64,000 nucleotides of DNA from an uncultured Kiritimatiellota bacterium (GTDB lineage: Bacteria; Verrucomicrobiota; Kiritimatiellia; RFP12; UBA1067): the NCBI GenBank assembly GCA_934635385.1, contig CAKTZI010000020.1, positions 1,820 to 65,819 of the forward strand, read 5' to 3'. The translations under genes and the position numbers were made by a program. Below, piece by piece: positions 11,335 to 20,588 of this stretch. The notes below the pieces were generated by a model. The model did not search any database, was not told the DNA's origin, and saw only the letters and a program-made list of their open reading frames with translations. How positions within the stretch are numbered: position 1 is the first letter of the stretch; each line of letters begins with the position of its first letter.

Positions 11335-11760
11335 TCAGCTCAACGGACGGCCGTCTGCATCGGTGTCGATTGAGCAGATGTTGACCAAGATCCAGATTGC
11401 GAGAATGGGAAAGCCCACAAATCCGATGACGATGGACGAAGGAATACACGACAAAACAAGCACCACGAGCTGGGCGACACCCTGTCCTGCACGTCCGATG
11501 TAGAAGTTGTGAATGCCAAGCCAGCCAAGGCAAAGCCCCAACAGCACATAGGCCAGACGAGACTTGTTGCTCTTGTTGAGTTCGCGCTCGTGCCGCTCGC
11601 GTTCAATGCGCTCGATTCGCGAGAAGAACTGGTCTTGACGGTCTTCGTTCGCCTGCGCCTGCGATGTCCCATTCTTATTGGCAATTGGGTTTCCGCACTT
11701 CGGGCAAGATGCCGCCTTGTCAGACACGTCCGCACCACATTCACTGCATTTGATGAGCAT
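11335..11760 (-). CDS. N-terminal zinc-ribbon + TM2-domain membrane protein
   Basis: MLIKCSECGADVSDKAASCPKCG (CxxC...CxxC), then a TM2-like hairpin AYVLLGLCLGWLGIHNFYIGRAGQGVAQLVV. Confidence 0.65.
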   Translation of the reverse strand: MLIKCSECGADVSDKAASCPKCGNPIANKNGTSQAQANEDRQDQFFSRIERIERERHERELNKSNKSRLAYVLLGLCLGWLGIHNFYIGRAGQGVAQLVVLVLSCIPSSIVIGFVGFPILAIWILVNICSIDTDADGRPLS

Positions 11761-11838
11761 TTTTGTTTCTCCTTTATTTTGTTTTTATGAGAGCAATCTA
11801 ACGACAAGCTGTAGTTCTCCCGTTATTCCAAGGGAAGA

Positions 11839-12192
11839 TTAGGGCAGTCTCTCGTAGTTCTTGATATCTTGGCAGTCTGTAAGGCTGGGTGTTCTGATTC
11901 CCATGATTTTGTGGATATCCTTGTGGAGATTCTCCGTCTGATTTCTCATGCTGAACATCTGACAGCCATTTATGCCAAGAAGAATCACAATCAGCCACAA
12001 CGCTACCTTTGACCAAGTTCCTAAACCGCCGGTTCCAATAGGCTGATTCGTCGTGTTTCCTGGAGTTAACGGTATCGTTTCCTTGGCATTTTCATTTTGC
12101 TTTTGCTCGTCTTTAAGGATATCAAACACAAACAGCAGAACTGCAAATAACACGACGCTTATTACAACAATCCAAATTAAAGTAGCATTCAT
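11839..12192 (-). CDS. Small membrane protein (2 TM), hypothetical; start taken at MNATLIW after RBS GAAGGAGAAG
   Basis: Hydrophobic N- and C-terminal helices. Lower-GC region. Confidence 0.4.
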   Translation of the reverse strand: MNATLIWIVVISVVLFAVLLFVFDILKDEQKQNENAKETIPLTPGNTTNQPIGTGGLGTWSKVALWLIVILLGINGCQMFSMRNQTENLHKDIHKIMGIRTPSLTDCQDIKNYERLP

Positions 12193-12563
12193 TAGAACTC
12201 TTCTCCTTCTTTCCTGCACAACTGTGTTGTCGCCCCTCCCCTGTGCAGGAAAAGAAAGTGGCGCGCTTCAAATCACCACGTCTTAGGATAGGCATCGCCA
12301 AACGCCCGAGTAAAAACATGCATGATGAAACGCGCCACGTGTGAACCTCACACGCAGCGCGATCACCGTATTCCGCTTTTACTCTAATCTTTGGCGAAGT
12401 TTATCCTAAAGCGTCATACGCTGATTCGCGTACGCTGCACGGGTTAGGTTGCCCATCCCGCGCATCTCCCGCTCCTCGGTTGTGGACGCGACGAAGCGCA
12501 TTCCTCCCAAGTGGGAAGCCAGCCGCCCATTGGGCGCGACCGGTCTATTTAGTCAGTTCGCTT

Positions 12564-13004
12564 CTACGGATCTCCTTTCTCTGTTTCTGCAAAAGGGTTC
12601 AACAACGGAACGCCAGTATATCGCATGTCGCGTTCGTTTCGTGTCACGACCGTCATGCCATGCAGATCGGCAATCGCAACAATCATCGTATCAATAGCTG
12701 GTCGAGGATGTCCCTCTGCAGACGTACGAGCCATGATAATCGCCCACCGTTTCGCGGCTTCTTTATCGTACGGGAGAATCCGTGCGGCAAAGGCATCCTC
12801 AACATAGATGTGAAACCAACGCTCGAAAGCCGTGCGCCGATTGGAGGGCGGCAATTTCTGAAATCCCTCACAGAGTTCTCCAATTGTCACGGCTGAAAGG
12901 TATAACTCTTCGTCTGGAATTGCGGAGAACCATTCAACCACAGAAGGATTGGGCTGTGGTTTCATCATCTCACTGATGACGCAGGTGTCGAGAAGATACT
13001 TCAT
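12564..13004 (-). CDS. vapC: VapC-family PIN-domain toxin
   Basis: MKYLLDTCVISE...VTIGEL...DTMIVAIADLHGMTVVTRN, typical PIN acidic residues. The start overlaps the upstream antitoxin by 4 nt. Confidence 0.85.
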   Translation of the reverse strand: MKYLLDTCVISEMMKPQPNPSVVEWFSAIPDEELYLSAVTIGELCEGFQKLPPSNRRTAFERWFHIYVEDAFAARILPYDKEAAKRWAIIMARTSAEGHPRPAIDTMIVAIADLHGMTVVTRNERDMRYTGVPLLNPFAETEKGDP

Positions 13005-13255
13005 GACAAATCCACTGGACGCCCCATCTCCTCATGATTCCGTTCGCAAGGCAACTCGATACCGCCAAACGGGCAACTTCTCAGAGTCTCGAACAAGGTC
13101 GCTTTCTTCGGTTTCGCCGCCTCGTAGGAACGAAGCGAGATGACGACGACGGTTTGCGCGCCATCTCGCGAGACGAACTGAGGTTCGCCCGCCCACGCAC
13201 GGTCAAAAACCGTTTCCCACGAACTTGTCGCGTCTTTTATGGCCCACGCGCCCAT
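13001..13255 (-). CDS. Phd/YefM-like antitoxin (84 aa, from MGAWAIKDA); the ORF-track N-terminal extension is spurious
   Basis: Phd-like ...AGEPQFVSRDGAQTVVVISLRSYEAAKP. ATGA overlap with vapC. Confidence 0.6.
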   Translation of the reverse strand: MGAWAIKDATSSWETVFDRAWAGEPQFVSRDGAQTVVVISLRSYEAAKPKKATLFETLRSCPFGGIELPCERNHEEMGRPVDLS

Positions 13256-13443
13256 TGGCTTTGTACTCCTTCTCTTCTTTCCCCTTGTGGCATTCATTAT
13301 ACCATATTCTTGTGAGGCCCGTGCGAGGTGTAGACACGCCGTGAGGTCATCGCAGACATGGAAAACCGCATCGCCCCATTTCTCACGCCATTTTTCTTGC
13401 GCCAGTTTTTTCGTCGTGGCGAGCGCGGATATGGTATAATATG

Positions 13444-13548
13444 CCACATATGAAAACGGGAAATCCATTTGTCATTAAGGGCTACCGTGGCCCGACGTTC
13501 TTCTGCGACCGCGAGAAGGAGACGGCGAAACTGGTCGCGGCAATTTAA
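13444..13548 (+). pseudogene. 5' fragment (34 codons) of a DUF234-type ATPase gene with its own TGGTATAAT promoter
   Basis: atatggtataatatgccacatATGAAAACGGGAAATCCATTTGTCATTAAGGGCTACCGTGGCCCGACGTTCTTCTGCGACCGCGAG... gives MKTGNPFVIKGYRGPTFFCDREKETAKLVAAI*, the canonical N-terminus of this ATPase family, then stops. Confidence 0.45.
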
Positions 13549-13818
13549 TGAATCCAACGAAGACATCTACGTGTGTAGGCCAAGCCGTGCGATGAGCTGA
13601 ACACGACAAACTGTCACCTGTATGGCAACAACAAAGGGTGCGAAAGTGTGCCGTGCCCCCTGATGTGCCGGACGTTTTGATAAACGCATATTGATTCTTG
13701 TGCTTTTTGTGGATGAAATAACGGGATTAAGCACAAGAATCGGCCTATTTTGCCAGAACCATTGACCAAATGTCATGTAAATGGTATCATTTAGTCCGTT
13801 TCCGAGAAAGGAGGCAAT

Positions 13819-15231
13819 ATGGTTGGACGTTTTGAAGAGAGAGATGAACTGAATCGGCTCTATGAGTCGGGCGAGTCTGAGTTTGTCGCCGTCTATGGGC
13901 GCCGTCGTGTCGGAAAGACGTATCTTGTTCGAGAGACGTTTGGGGATCGCTTCTCGTTTTATCATACGGGGCTTCCGAATGCGCCTAAGAAACAGCAGCT
14001 GGCGTATTTCAAGAAATCGCTGGCCGAGGCCGGCTACAAGGGTGTTCAGCCCAAGGACTGGTTCACGGCGTTTTCGGCCCTGGGTGAGACGGTCGAGAAG
14101 TGTGGGATGCGTCGAAAGGTCATCTTCATCGACGAATTGCCGTGGCTGGATACGGCGAAGTCGGATTTCCTCATGGCGTTGGAGGCATTTTGGAACGAAT
14201 GGGCTTCCGCACGCAAAGACGTCTTGCTGATTGTCTGCGGGTCTGCGGCGGCGTGGATGGTCCAGAACCTCTTTCGCAATCGCGGCGGGCTTCACAACCG
14301 CGTGACGTCACGGATCTGCCTTCAGCCCTTTACACTCGACGAATGCTGGAAATTCGCCGAGGAAAGAGGCTTGAACATGAGTCGGTCGGATGTCGCCGAA
14401 TGCTACATGGCGTTCGGAGGAATCCCTTATTACTGGCGTTATCTGGTGCGAGGCTTGAGTCTTGCGCAGAACATCGACCGCCTGTGCTTCGCCATTGACG
14501 CGCCGTTGAGGCATGAGTTCGACGAGCTTTACGCTTCGCTTTTCAAAAACGCCGAAGCCTACAAGAAAGTCGTGACGGCCCTGGCCAAGAAAAAGGTCGG
14601 CATGACGCGAAGCGAACTCCTGTCGGCGTTGGGCGTTTTCCCGACGGGACGGATGACGGAGACGCTTGAGACGTTGGAGTCGAGCGGGTTCATCCGCAGC
14701 TACCGTTCGTACGGCGCCAAGAAAAAGAATGCGATTTATCAGCTGATCGACCCGTTTACGCTTTTCCATTTCCGATTTCTCGACGCACCTTCGTCGGATG
14801 AGCATTTCTGGGCCTCGACGTTGCTGTCGCCGGCGCAAGCCGCCTGGCAAGGGCTGGCGTTTGAACGACTGTGCCTGCTGCATCTTCGGCAGATCCGGCG
14901 GGCACTGGGCATTGATGCCGTCCATGTCGAAGCGTATGGCTGGAGCTTCAAGGGCGACGAGGCTTACCCGGACGGTGTTCAGATTGACTTGATCCTTGAC
15001 CGTGCGGACAATGTCATCAACGTCTGCGAACTGAAATATGCGACAGGAAGCTTCGTGATCGACAAGGCGTATGCGTGTGCCTTGGATCGGAAAGTGACGA
15101 CGTTTGCCGGTGTGACGAAAACGCGCAAGGCCGTCCACTTGACGATGATCACGGCAAATGGACTTCTCAAGAACACCTATTCGAGCCGCATTCAGACGGA
15201 GCTGACTCTTGCGGATCTGTTCGCGTACTGA
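13819..15231 (+). CDS. AAA+ ATPase with C-terminal DUF234-like domain (ATP-binding protein of the 'archaeal ATPase' family)
   Basis: Walker A VYGRRRVGKTYL, Walker B VIFIDELPWL. 470 aa. Confidence 0.8.
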   Translation: MVGRFEERDELNRLYESGESEFVAVYGRRRVGKTYLVRETFGDRFSFYHTGLPNAPKKQQLAYFKKSLAEAGYKGVQPKDWFTAFSALGETVEKCGMRRKVIFIDELPWLDTAKSDFLMALEAFWNEWASARKDVLLIVCGSAAAWMVQNLFRNRGGLHNRVTSRICLQPFTLDECWKFAEERGLNMSRSDVAECYMAFGGIPYYWRYLVRGLSLAQNIDRLCFAIDAPLRHEFDELYASLFKNAEAYKKVVTALAKKKVGMTRSELLSALGVFPTGRMTETLETLESSGFIRSYRSYGAKKKNAIYQLIDPFTLFHFRFLDAPSSDEHFWASTLLSPAQAAWQGLAFERLCLLHLRQIRRALGIDAVHVEAYGWSFKGDEAYPDGVQIDLILDRADNVINVCELKYATGSFVIDKAYACALDRKVTTFAGVTKTRKAVHLTMITANGLLKNTYSSRIQTELTLADLFAY

Positions 15232-15300
15232 CGTCTCTTTGAGGCATGAAGCTTAGCAACGCCGCAAATGGCGGTTCGTGATGAAAGGAGGCATATCGTG

Positions 15301-15420
15301 ATGAATGTCTGTCTCGTGGCACTTGGCAGCGCGCTGGGCGGTGTCGCCACGCTGTATGTCGGCCTCTCCGTCTTCGCCAGCCTCGCCGCCGTCGGCCTCG
15401 GCTACCTGCTGACGCGGTGA
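15301..15420 (+). CDS. 39-aa hydrophobic peptide MNVCLVALGSALGGVATLYVGLSVFASLAAVGLGYLLTR with strong SD AAAGGAGG; candidate small membrane or type-I-toxin-like peptide
   Basis: Below the ORF-track size cut-off. Degenerate paralogous copies at 11249-11305 (18 aa, runs into the palindrome) and about 37384-37422 on the minus strand (MTNVCLGHLLPR). Confidence 0.4.
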   Translation: MNVCLVALGSALGGVATLYVGLSVFASLAAVGLGYLLTR

Positions 15421-15434
15421 GGGGTTGGAGTCTT

Positions 15435-15470
15435 CGGGAACACGGTCGTGTAGCTTTTTGGTATAATTCG
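15435..15470 (+). promoter_or_regulatory. Promoter-operator CGGGAACACGGTCGTGTAGCTTTTTGGTATAATTCG (palindrome ACACGGTCGTGT over the -35 region; extended -10)
   Basis: Near-identical copy at 30328-30360 upstream of another PIN gene. Remnant (ACACGATCGTGT) at 11208-11226. Confidence 0.55.
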
Positions 15471-15487
15471 CGGCAAGGAGGTGAACG

Positions 15488-15727
15488 GTGAGTTACACAA
15501 TGATGATGGAACCTGACTTGAAGCGCAAAGCAGAAGCGTATGCCGCTCGGCAGGGAATGACGCTGGATGGGATCATCCGAGCCTATCTCGTCACGATCGT
15601 CGCGCATGAGACGCGCGGTGAACGCCGTGCGCGGGAACTTCATGAATTCATCGCCTCTCAGCCTAAGCTTGAAGGGACACCGTACAAGTTCAGCCGTCAG
15701 GATGCCTATGACGAGGAGATCGGCTGA
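15488..15727 (+). CDS. Putative RHH/Arc-like antitoxin (79 aa), GTG start after AAGGAGG
   Basis: LKRKAEAYAARQGMTLDGIIRAYLV ribbon-helix-helix-like N-terminus. Stop overlaps the start of the downstream PIN gene (ATGA). Confidence 0.5.
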   Translation: MSYTMMMEPDLKRKAEAYAARQGMTLDGIIRAYLVTIVAHETRGERRARELHEFIASQPKLEGTPYKFSRQDAYDEEIG

Positions 15728-16140
15728 TGCGGTCTTTCCTCGACACGAATGTTCTTGTCTACCTTGCAGATGCGCGTGATGCGCGGAAGCAAGGCATTGC
15801 CGAAGAGTTTGTGGAGGGCGCGATCGCCGAGCGGCTTGATTGCCGAATCTCAGTTCAGACCCTGACGGAATTCACGAATGTCTGCATCAAGAAATTGAAG
15901 TTGGACAGAAGCGTCATTTCCGTGTTCTTGGATTATTTCGATGACTTGCAGATGGTCAGAACCGATTCTGAGACCGTAAAAAATGCGTTGGAAATCAAGG
16001 CTCGGTACAATATCCAGTTTTATGATGCCATGATGATTTCCGCAGCACTTGCGTCTGGTTGCGAAGAGATTCTGTCCGAAGATCTGAATGACGGACAGAA
16101 CTACGGCGGAGTCGTCGCACACAATCCATTTAAGCGGTAA
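15727..16140 (+). CDS. vapC: VapC-family PIN-domain toxin
   Basis: MRSFLDTNVLVYL ... TEFTNV ... FYDAMMISAA. Confidence 0.8.
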   Translation: MRSFLDTNVLVYLADARDARKQGIAEEFVEGAIAERLDCRISVQTLTEFTNVCIKKLKLDRSVISVFLDYFDDLQMVRTDSETVKNALEIKARYNIQFYDAMMISAALASGCEEILSEDLNDGQNYGGVVAHNPFKR

Positions 16141-16211
16141 GCGTAAAACAGGCTGGTCTCATTGAGGGCAAAGATTCTGTGTCCACCACCTGCTCTCGCG
16201 GAGAGTGTCGC

Positions 16212-16255
16212 CCCTCCTCATTCTCACTTTTTTAAAAAAGTGAGAATGAGGAGGG
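16212..16255. repeat. 44-bp perfect palindrome CCCTCCTCATTCTCACTTTTTTAAAAAAGTGAGAATGAGGAGGG (copy 2)
   Basis: Read directly. Located between the convergent vapC (+) and the chitobiase-domain gene (-). Confidence 0.8.
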
Positions 16256-16506
16256 CTGCCAAACGGCTTCTCTTATGGCATCTCGACCGTAACCTTGAAG
16301 AAACGGTGCAAGGCGTTTGTCGGGTATTCCCATGTAGGCGAATCCAACGCATCCTTGCCCCAGACTTTGTAGGTGCGAAGCGTTTTCGTGCCGCCCTCAT
16401 TAAGATCCGGCGTCCACGTCACAATCGGCGCACCGTTTTCCATCTCAATGTGCGTTTCCAGTCGCGAAGCCGCATTTGTCGGATCTGTTCCCGCAACATA
16501 TTCATC

Positions 16507-17319
16507 TTAGACCGTCAGCGTATGTCCTGCACCATCGACTTTTCCGGATTTCGCCTTGGCGGCGGCTTCAAAGTCGCTTTCGCGTCCCAGTCCGTACTTG
16601 TCGAGCCAAGCGTAAGGGACTGGCGTTTCCGTCGTGAGCGTGTGCCCTGCGTAGAAATCTGTCGTCTTCGGCAACCACTGCACCTGGTCGAGCCAGACGC
16701 AATCCGGCGGCACATAGCCTGAGTCATCCTTCTGATACGTCCATTTGAACGTATGCTTGCCCGTGCCCACGACATCCAGCACAACCTGCTGCCAGTCCGT
16801 CACGCCCGCGAGCTTCGCAATCTCTGTCGAGCCGTTGAAGAACGCCGCATAGTCGTAATACTCGCCGTCGACGCTGGGTTCGCAAGCCGTCTTCCACCAG
16901 AACGAGAGCCGCCCCGCGCCATAGACGACCGCTTTCAGCGTGGTCAATTCGTCTTCGCCTATGTCACCGCTTCGCACCGCGCGCACGCCATCATGCGTCT
17001 CGTCCGTGACGACTGTCCACGGATGCGTCTTGTCGTTGTCCGGCATGACTTCCAACAGGTTCAGTGCCGGGCCTATCTCATTCTCCTTCGTAAAGGTCGC
17101 ACAGGCAACCTCCGAGTCCTTCCAATCGTCCTTCACGGCAATCGCCTTGACTGTCGTCGTCTGGTAGATGTCAAACGGCCTCTTGTAAAGTCGCCCGTTC
17201 GTCGCATTCGGCTCGCTTCCGTCAATCGTGTAGTAGATCGTCGCGCCGTCCGTCGCGCACGACAACTTTACCGTCTGTGAAGCAGAGGCAAATGAACCGC
17301 CTTTCACCAATTTCTCCAT
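16507..17319 (-). CDS. Chitobiase/beta-hexosaminidase C-terminal-domain (Fn3-like) protein, possibly a fragment of a larger surface-protein gene
   Basis: ATIYYTIDGSEPNATNGRLYKRPFDIYQTTTVKAIAV motif. No signal peptide and no clear RBS. Confidence 0.45.
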   Translation of the reverse strand: MEKLVKGGSFASASQTVKLSCATDGATIYYTIDGSEPNATNGRLYKRPFDIYQTTTVKAIAVKDDWKDSEVACATFTKENEIGPALNLLEVMPDNDKTHPWTVVTDETHDGVRAVRSGDIGEDELTTLKAVVYGAGRLSFWWKTACEPSVDGEYYDYAAFFNGSTEIAKLAGVTDWQQVVLDVVGTGKHTFKWTYQKDDSGYVPPDCVWLDQVQWLPKTTDFYAGHTLTTETPVPYAWLDKYGLGRESDFEAAAKAKSGKVDGAGHTLTV

Positions 17320-17466
17320 GTCAAATGAGACATTTTTAACAACAGGTGAGGATTCGTGTGGTATCTGCGGCGGTTACTAAACACAGAGCGGCCTCTGTGT
17401 TTCATGAAAACAGAGACTTTCGTGCGCGACAAGGCGAACGGAGGAAATGGTATAATTCGCCCCCTT

Positions 17467-18447
17467 ATGAAAATGCTGATGGTAGTGACAGCTCTGGTTC
17501 CTTGGATGGTCGGTGCGGCGGAGGCGGCGACCGATGTCTACGCACGGGAGACGGGCGCCTTTCTCGCGGCGCGGGACGGGCGCGTACAGGCCGCGCAGAT
17601 TGCGGCCATCCGTCGGGCGACAGCGGGCGAGGCGGACGACCTCAAGGCCGTCCGAACGGCGCGGAACACGTGGGCGCCCCTGCCGGACGGCGTGGAGGCC
17701 GAGATGCTGTCGCCGACGATGCGGCTCTATCGTCCGAAGGGCGGACGCGACTTGCCGCTTCTCATCTACCTGCACGGCGGCGGCTGGGTGATCGGCGGCC
17801 TCGCGAGCTGTTCGGCGTTCTGCGGCGCGGTCGCGGCGAAGGGTTCCGCCGTCCTCGCGCTCGACTACCCGCTTGCGCCGGAACATCCGTTCCCGGCCGC
17901 GCTCAACGACGTCTGCGCGGCCTTCCGCGCGGTCGTGTTCGATCCGGCGCGCTTTGGCGCGGACCCGACGCGGGTGTCGATTGGCGGCGACTCCTCGGGC
18001 GGAAACCTCGCGCTCGCGGCGGCGCTCGTCCTGCAGAAGGAGAACCTGAAGCCGCGCTCCCTCGTCCTCTATTACCCCGTCACCGAAGCGCGGGCGGACG
18101 GTTCGGCGTCATGGCGGACATTCGCGACGGGCTGCGGCATGGACGCGGCGTTCATGGACGCGTGCCTCGTGGCCTACCTGAACGGACACAATCCGGCGGA
18201 TCCGCTCGTCTCGCCCGCCTTCGCCTCGGACGGGCAGCTGCGCCGCCTTCCGCCCGTCCACATTCTCGGCGCGGATCGCGACGTGCTGCACGACCAGGGA
18301 CTGCGCTTCGCGCGGCGGCTGGGCGCGCTTGGATGTCCCGTGCGCGCGGAGGTGCTGCCCGGCAGCACGCACCTCTTCGTCACCGTCAAGGGCCAGCCCG
18401 CCGCCTTCGCGCGCGCCGTCGCATTCGCCGCCGAGGCGATGAGGTGA
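17467..18447 (+). CDS. Secreted alpha/beta-hydrolase fold esterase/lipase (HGGG family)
   Basis: Signal peptide MKMLMVVTALVPWMVGAAEA, oxyanion motif IYLHGGGW, nucleophile elbow GDSSGG. TGGTATAAT -10 lies only ~10 nt upstream of the ATG, which is leaderless-like. Confidence 0.8.
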   Translation: MKMLMVVTALVPWMVGAAEAATDVYARETGAFLAARDGRVQAAQIAAIRRATAGEADDLKAVRTARNTWAPLPDGVEAEMLSPTMRLYRPKGGRDLPLLIYLHGGGWVIGGLASCSAFCGAVAAKGSAVLALDYPLAPEHPFPAALNDVCAAFRAVVFDPARFGADPTRVSIGGDSSGGNLALAAALVLQKENLKPRSLVLYYPVTEARADGSASWRTFATGCGMDAAFMDACLVAYLNGHNPADPLVSPAFASDGQLRRLPPVHILGADRDVLHDQGLRFARRLGALGCPVRAEVLPGSTHLFVTVKGQPAAFARAVAFAAEAMR

Positions 18448-18464
18448 TGGCATGACGACATGCT

Positions 18465-19310
18465 TTGTGCGCCAGTTTTTTCATCATGGCAGATGAGGAT
18501 GCTGAAATGAAGGAACAGAGAATCGAATCGATAGATGGCGGGAAGGCTTTTGACTGGGGGCGCGTCTCGTCCGAATACGCGAAGTTCCGGGACATCTATC
18601 CGGCGGCGTTCTACCGCGCGATCCTCGACCGGGGGTTCTGTCGAGACGGGCAGCGGATTCTCGATCTCGGAACCGGGACGGGCGTGCTGCCGCGCAACCT
18701 GTACGCATTCGGCGGCAACTGGACGGGTGTGGACATTTCGGCGGAGCAGATTCGCGAGGCACGGCGGCTGTCGGCGGAAATGAAGATTGACTATCGCGTG
18801 GCGTCGGTGGAAGAGGTGGACTTTCCGCCGAAATCGTTTGACGTCATCACCGCGTGCCAATGCTTCTGGTATTTTCGCCACGAGCAGATCGCGCCTCGGC
18901 TGGCACGTCTCCTGAAGCCGAACGGTCGGTTGCTTGTCCTTTGCATGGAATGGCTACCGTATGAGGACGCGTTGGCGGGACGCAGTGAGGCATTGGTTCT
19001 CAAGTACAGCCCGAACTGGAGCGGCGCGGGAGCAACTGTTCTGCCCATTGCGATTCCCGATTGCTACAAGAGCGAGTTTGACATCGTGGGCCACGGCGAG
19101 TTTCGTCTGCCCGTCCACTTTACGCGCGAAACGTGGCACGGGCGCATGAAAGCCTGTCGTGGCGTCGGCGCGTCGCTCGCGGCGGACGAATTGGCGGCGT
19201 GGGAGGTGGAGCATCGGCAGCTGCTGTCCGAGACAGCACCATCGGAATTCGACGTTCTTCACTACGCCGCATGGGTTGAGTTGCGCGTACGGGATTTCCA
19301 TTGTCGTTGA
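18465..19310 (+). CDS. Class I SAM-dependent methyltransferase
   Basis: Motif I ILDLGTGTGVL, VDISAEQI. Confidence 0.8.
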   Translation: MCASFFIMADEDAEMKEQRIESIDGGKAFDWGRVSSEYAKFRDIYPAAFYRAILDRGFCRDGQRILDLGTGTGVLPRNLYAFGGNWTGVDISAEQIREARRLSAEMKIDYRVASVEEVDFPPKSFDVITACQCFWYFRHEQIAPRLARLLKPNGRLLVLCMEWLPYEDALAGRSEALVLKYSPNWSGAGATVLPIAIPDCYKSEFDIVGHGEFRLPVHFTRETWHGRMKACRGVGASLAADELAAWEVEHRQLLSETAPSEFDVLHYAAWVELRVRDFHCR

Positions 19311-19401
19311 ACGCGAAAGCGCGTTGTATCGTCTTGCCCCCATTGACTGGCGGTGATTGAAATGATACACTATTCGCAAATCGCGAATGAGAGGAGCGGC
19401 A

Positions 19402-19908
19402 ATGCTGAAAGGACAGGATCTTGTTGTGCTTGCGGCGCTGATGGGGAACGAGAACGATACCTTGCATGAGCCGTATGCGGAACTTGGCAGACGCACGTGC
19501 CTGAGTGCATCAGAGACACATGCCTCGGTCAAGCGTCTGCTGGCGGCTGCTTTGCTGGGCGGCGACCGTCGGGTGCGCAAGCGAAATGCCCTTGAGTTCT
19601 TGGTTCATGGGCTTCGCTATGCGTTTCCGTTGCGTCCGCTGGGAGAAACGGCGAAGGGGCTTGCGACAGCCTACGCGGCACCTGTGGCAAGCGGGGCATT
19701 TGCCTCGACAGGACTGAAGCCCGTGTGGCGTTCGCCAGGCGGCGAGGTGTTCGGACAGGCATTTGAGCCTCTTTATGCGACAGCGCCTCAGGCGGCGGCA
19801 AAAGACAGGGGGCTGTATGATCGACTCGCCGTATTGGACATGCTGCGGGGTGGCCGCTTGCGTGAACGCCAGTTTGCGGAAGTGAAACTTGGGGAGATGC
19901 TGTCATGA
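19402..19908 (+). CDS. AbiEi-like wHTH antitoxin/regulator (putative)
   Basis: N-terminal wHTH-like GQDLVVLAALMG...SASETHASVKRLL. 4-nt overlap with the downstream nucleotidyltransferase. Confidence 0.4.
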   Translation: MLKGQDLVVLAALMGNENDTLHEPYAELGRRTCLSASETHASVKRLLAAALLGGDRRVRKRNALEFLVHGLRYAFPLRPLGETAKGLATAYAAPVASGAFASTGLKPVWRSPGGEVFGQAFEPLYATAPQAAAKDRGLYDRLAVLDMLRGGRLRERQFAEVKLGEMLS

Positions 19909-20588
19909 ATGACATTGCCGCTTCGATTGCCGTCCTGAACAAAAGGCTTGAAGGCATGCCGTTTGACTATGCATTCCTGGGCGGCTCGGTCTTGTCGCTT
20001 CTTGTCGATGATGCGACGGCTGACGCTGTTCGCGTCACGAAGGATGTCGATGTCATTGCGGACGTGCGAACGAGAAAGGATTTCCATCAGGAAGAGCGCG
20101 AACTGGAGGCGCGAGGCTTTCGGCATGACATGAGCGAAGACGCACCAATTTGTCGTTGGCTTGCGGAAGGCATCGTCGTGGATGTCTTGCCCGTACGAGA
20201 AGAAGTTCTTGGCTGGAAGTCTCGTTGGTTCGAAGAGGCGTTGCGATCCGCAGGGACAATGCAAATAGAAGACCAGCAGGTTAAGGTGATTTCAGCACCC
20301 TATTTTATCGCCCTGAAACTTGAGGCGTTTGAGGATCGTGGGAAAGGCGATTTCATTTCCAGTACGGATTTCGAGGACGTGATTTGCCTTTTCAACGGAC
20401 GGCGTTCGCTTGTGGACGAGATACTTGCGGAGCCAACGGTTGGGCGAGAAATCGCTGAAAAGTTTAAACAGTACGTGCAAGAGCCGGAACTGGAAGATGC
20501 CGTCACGGGATTTGTTCAGACCGAAACGAACCCCGAAGGTCGATTTGAATGCATCATGGATGCGGTTCGGAGGCTCGCCCGCAATTAG
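19905..20588 (+). CDS. Nucleotidyltransferase-fold protein, AbiEii/DUF1814-like toxin (putative)
   Basis: FLGGSVLSLL ... TKDVDVIAD (GS...DxD NTase motif). Confidence 0.5.
   Translation: MNDIAASIAVLNKRLEGMPFDYAFLGGSVLSLLVDDATADAVRVTKDVDVIADVRTRKDFHQEERELEARGFRHDMSEDAPICRWLAEGIVVDVLPVREEVLGWKSRWFEEALRSAGTMQIEDQQVKVISAPYFIALKLEAFEDRGKGDFISSTDFEDVICLFNGRRSLVDEILAEPTVGREIAEKFKQYVQEPELEDAVTGFVQTETNPEGRFECIMDAVRRLARN

Noticed and set aside
13567-14295. 242-aa minus-strand ORF
   Set aside because: Overlaps the well-supported DUF234 ATPase gene on the opposite strand.
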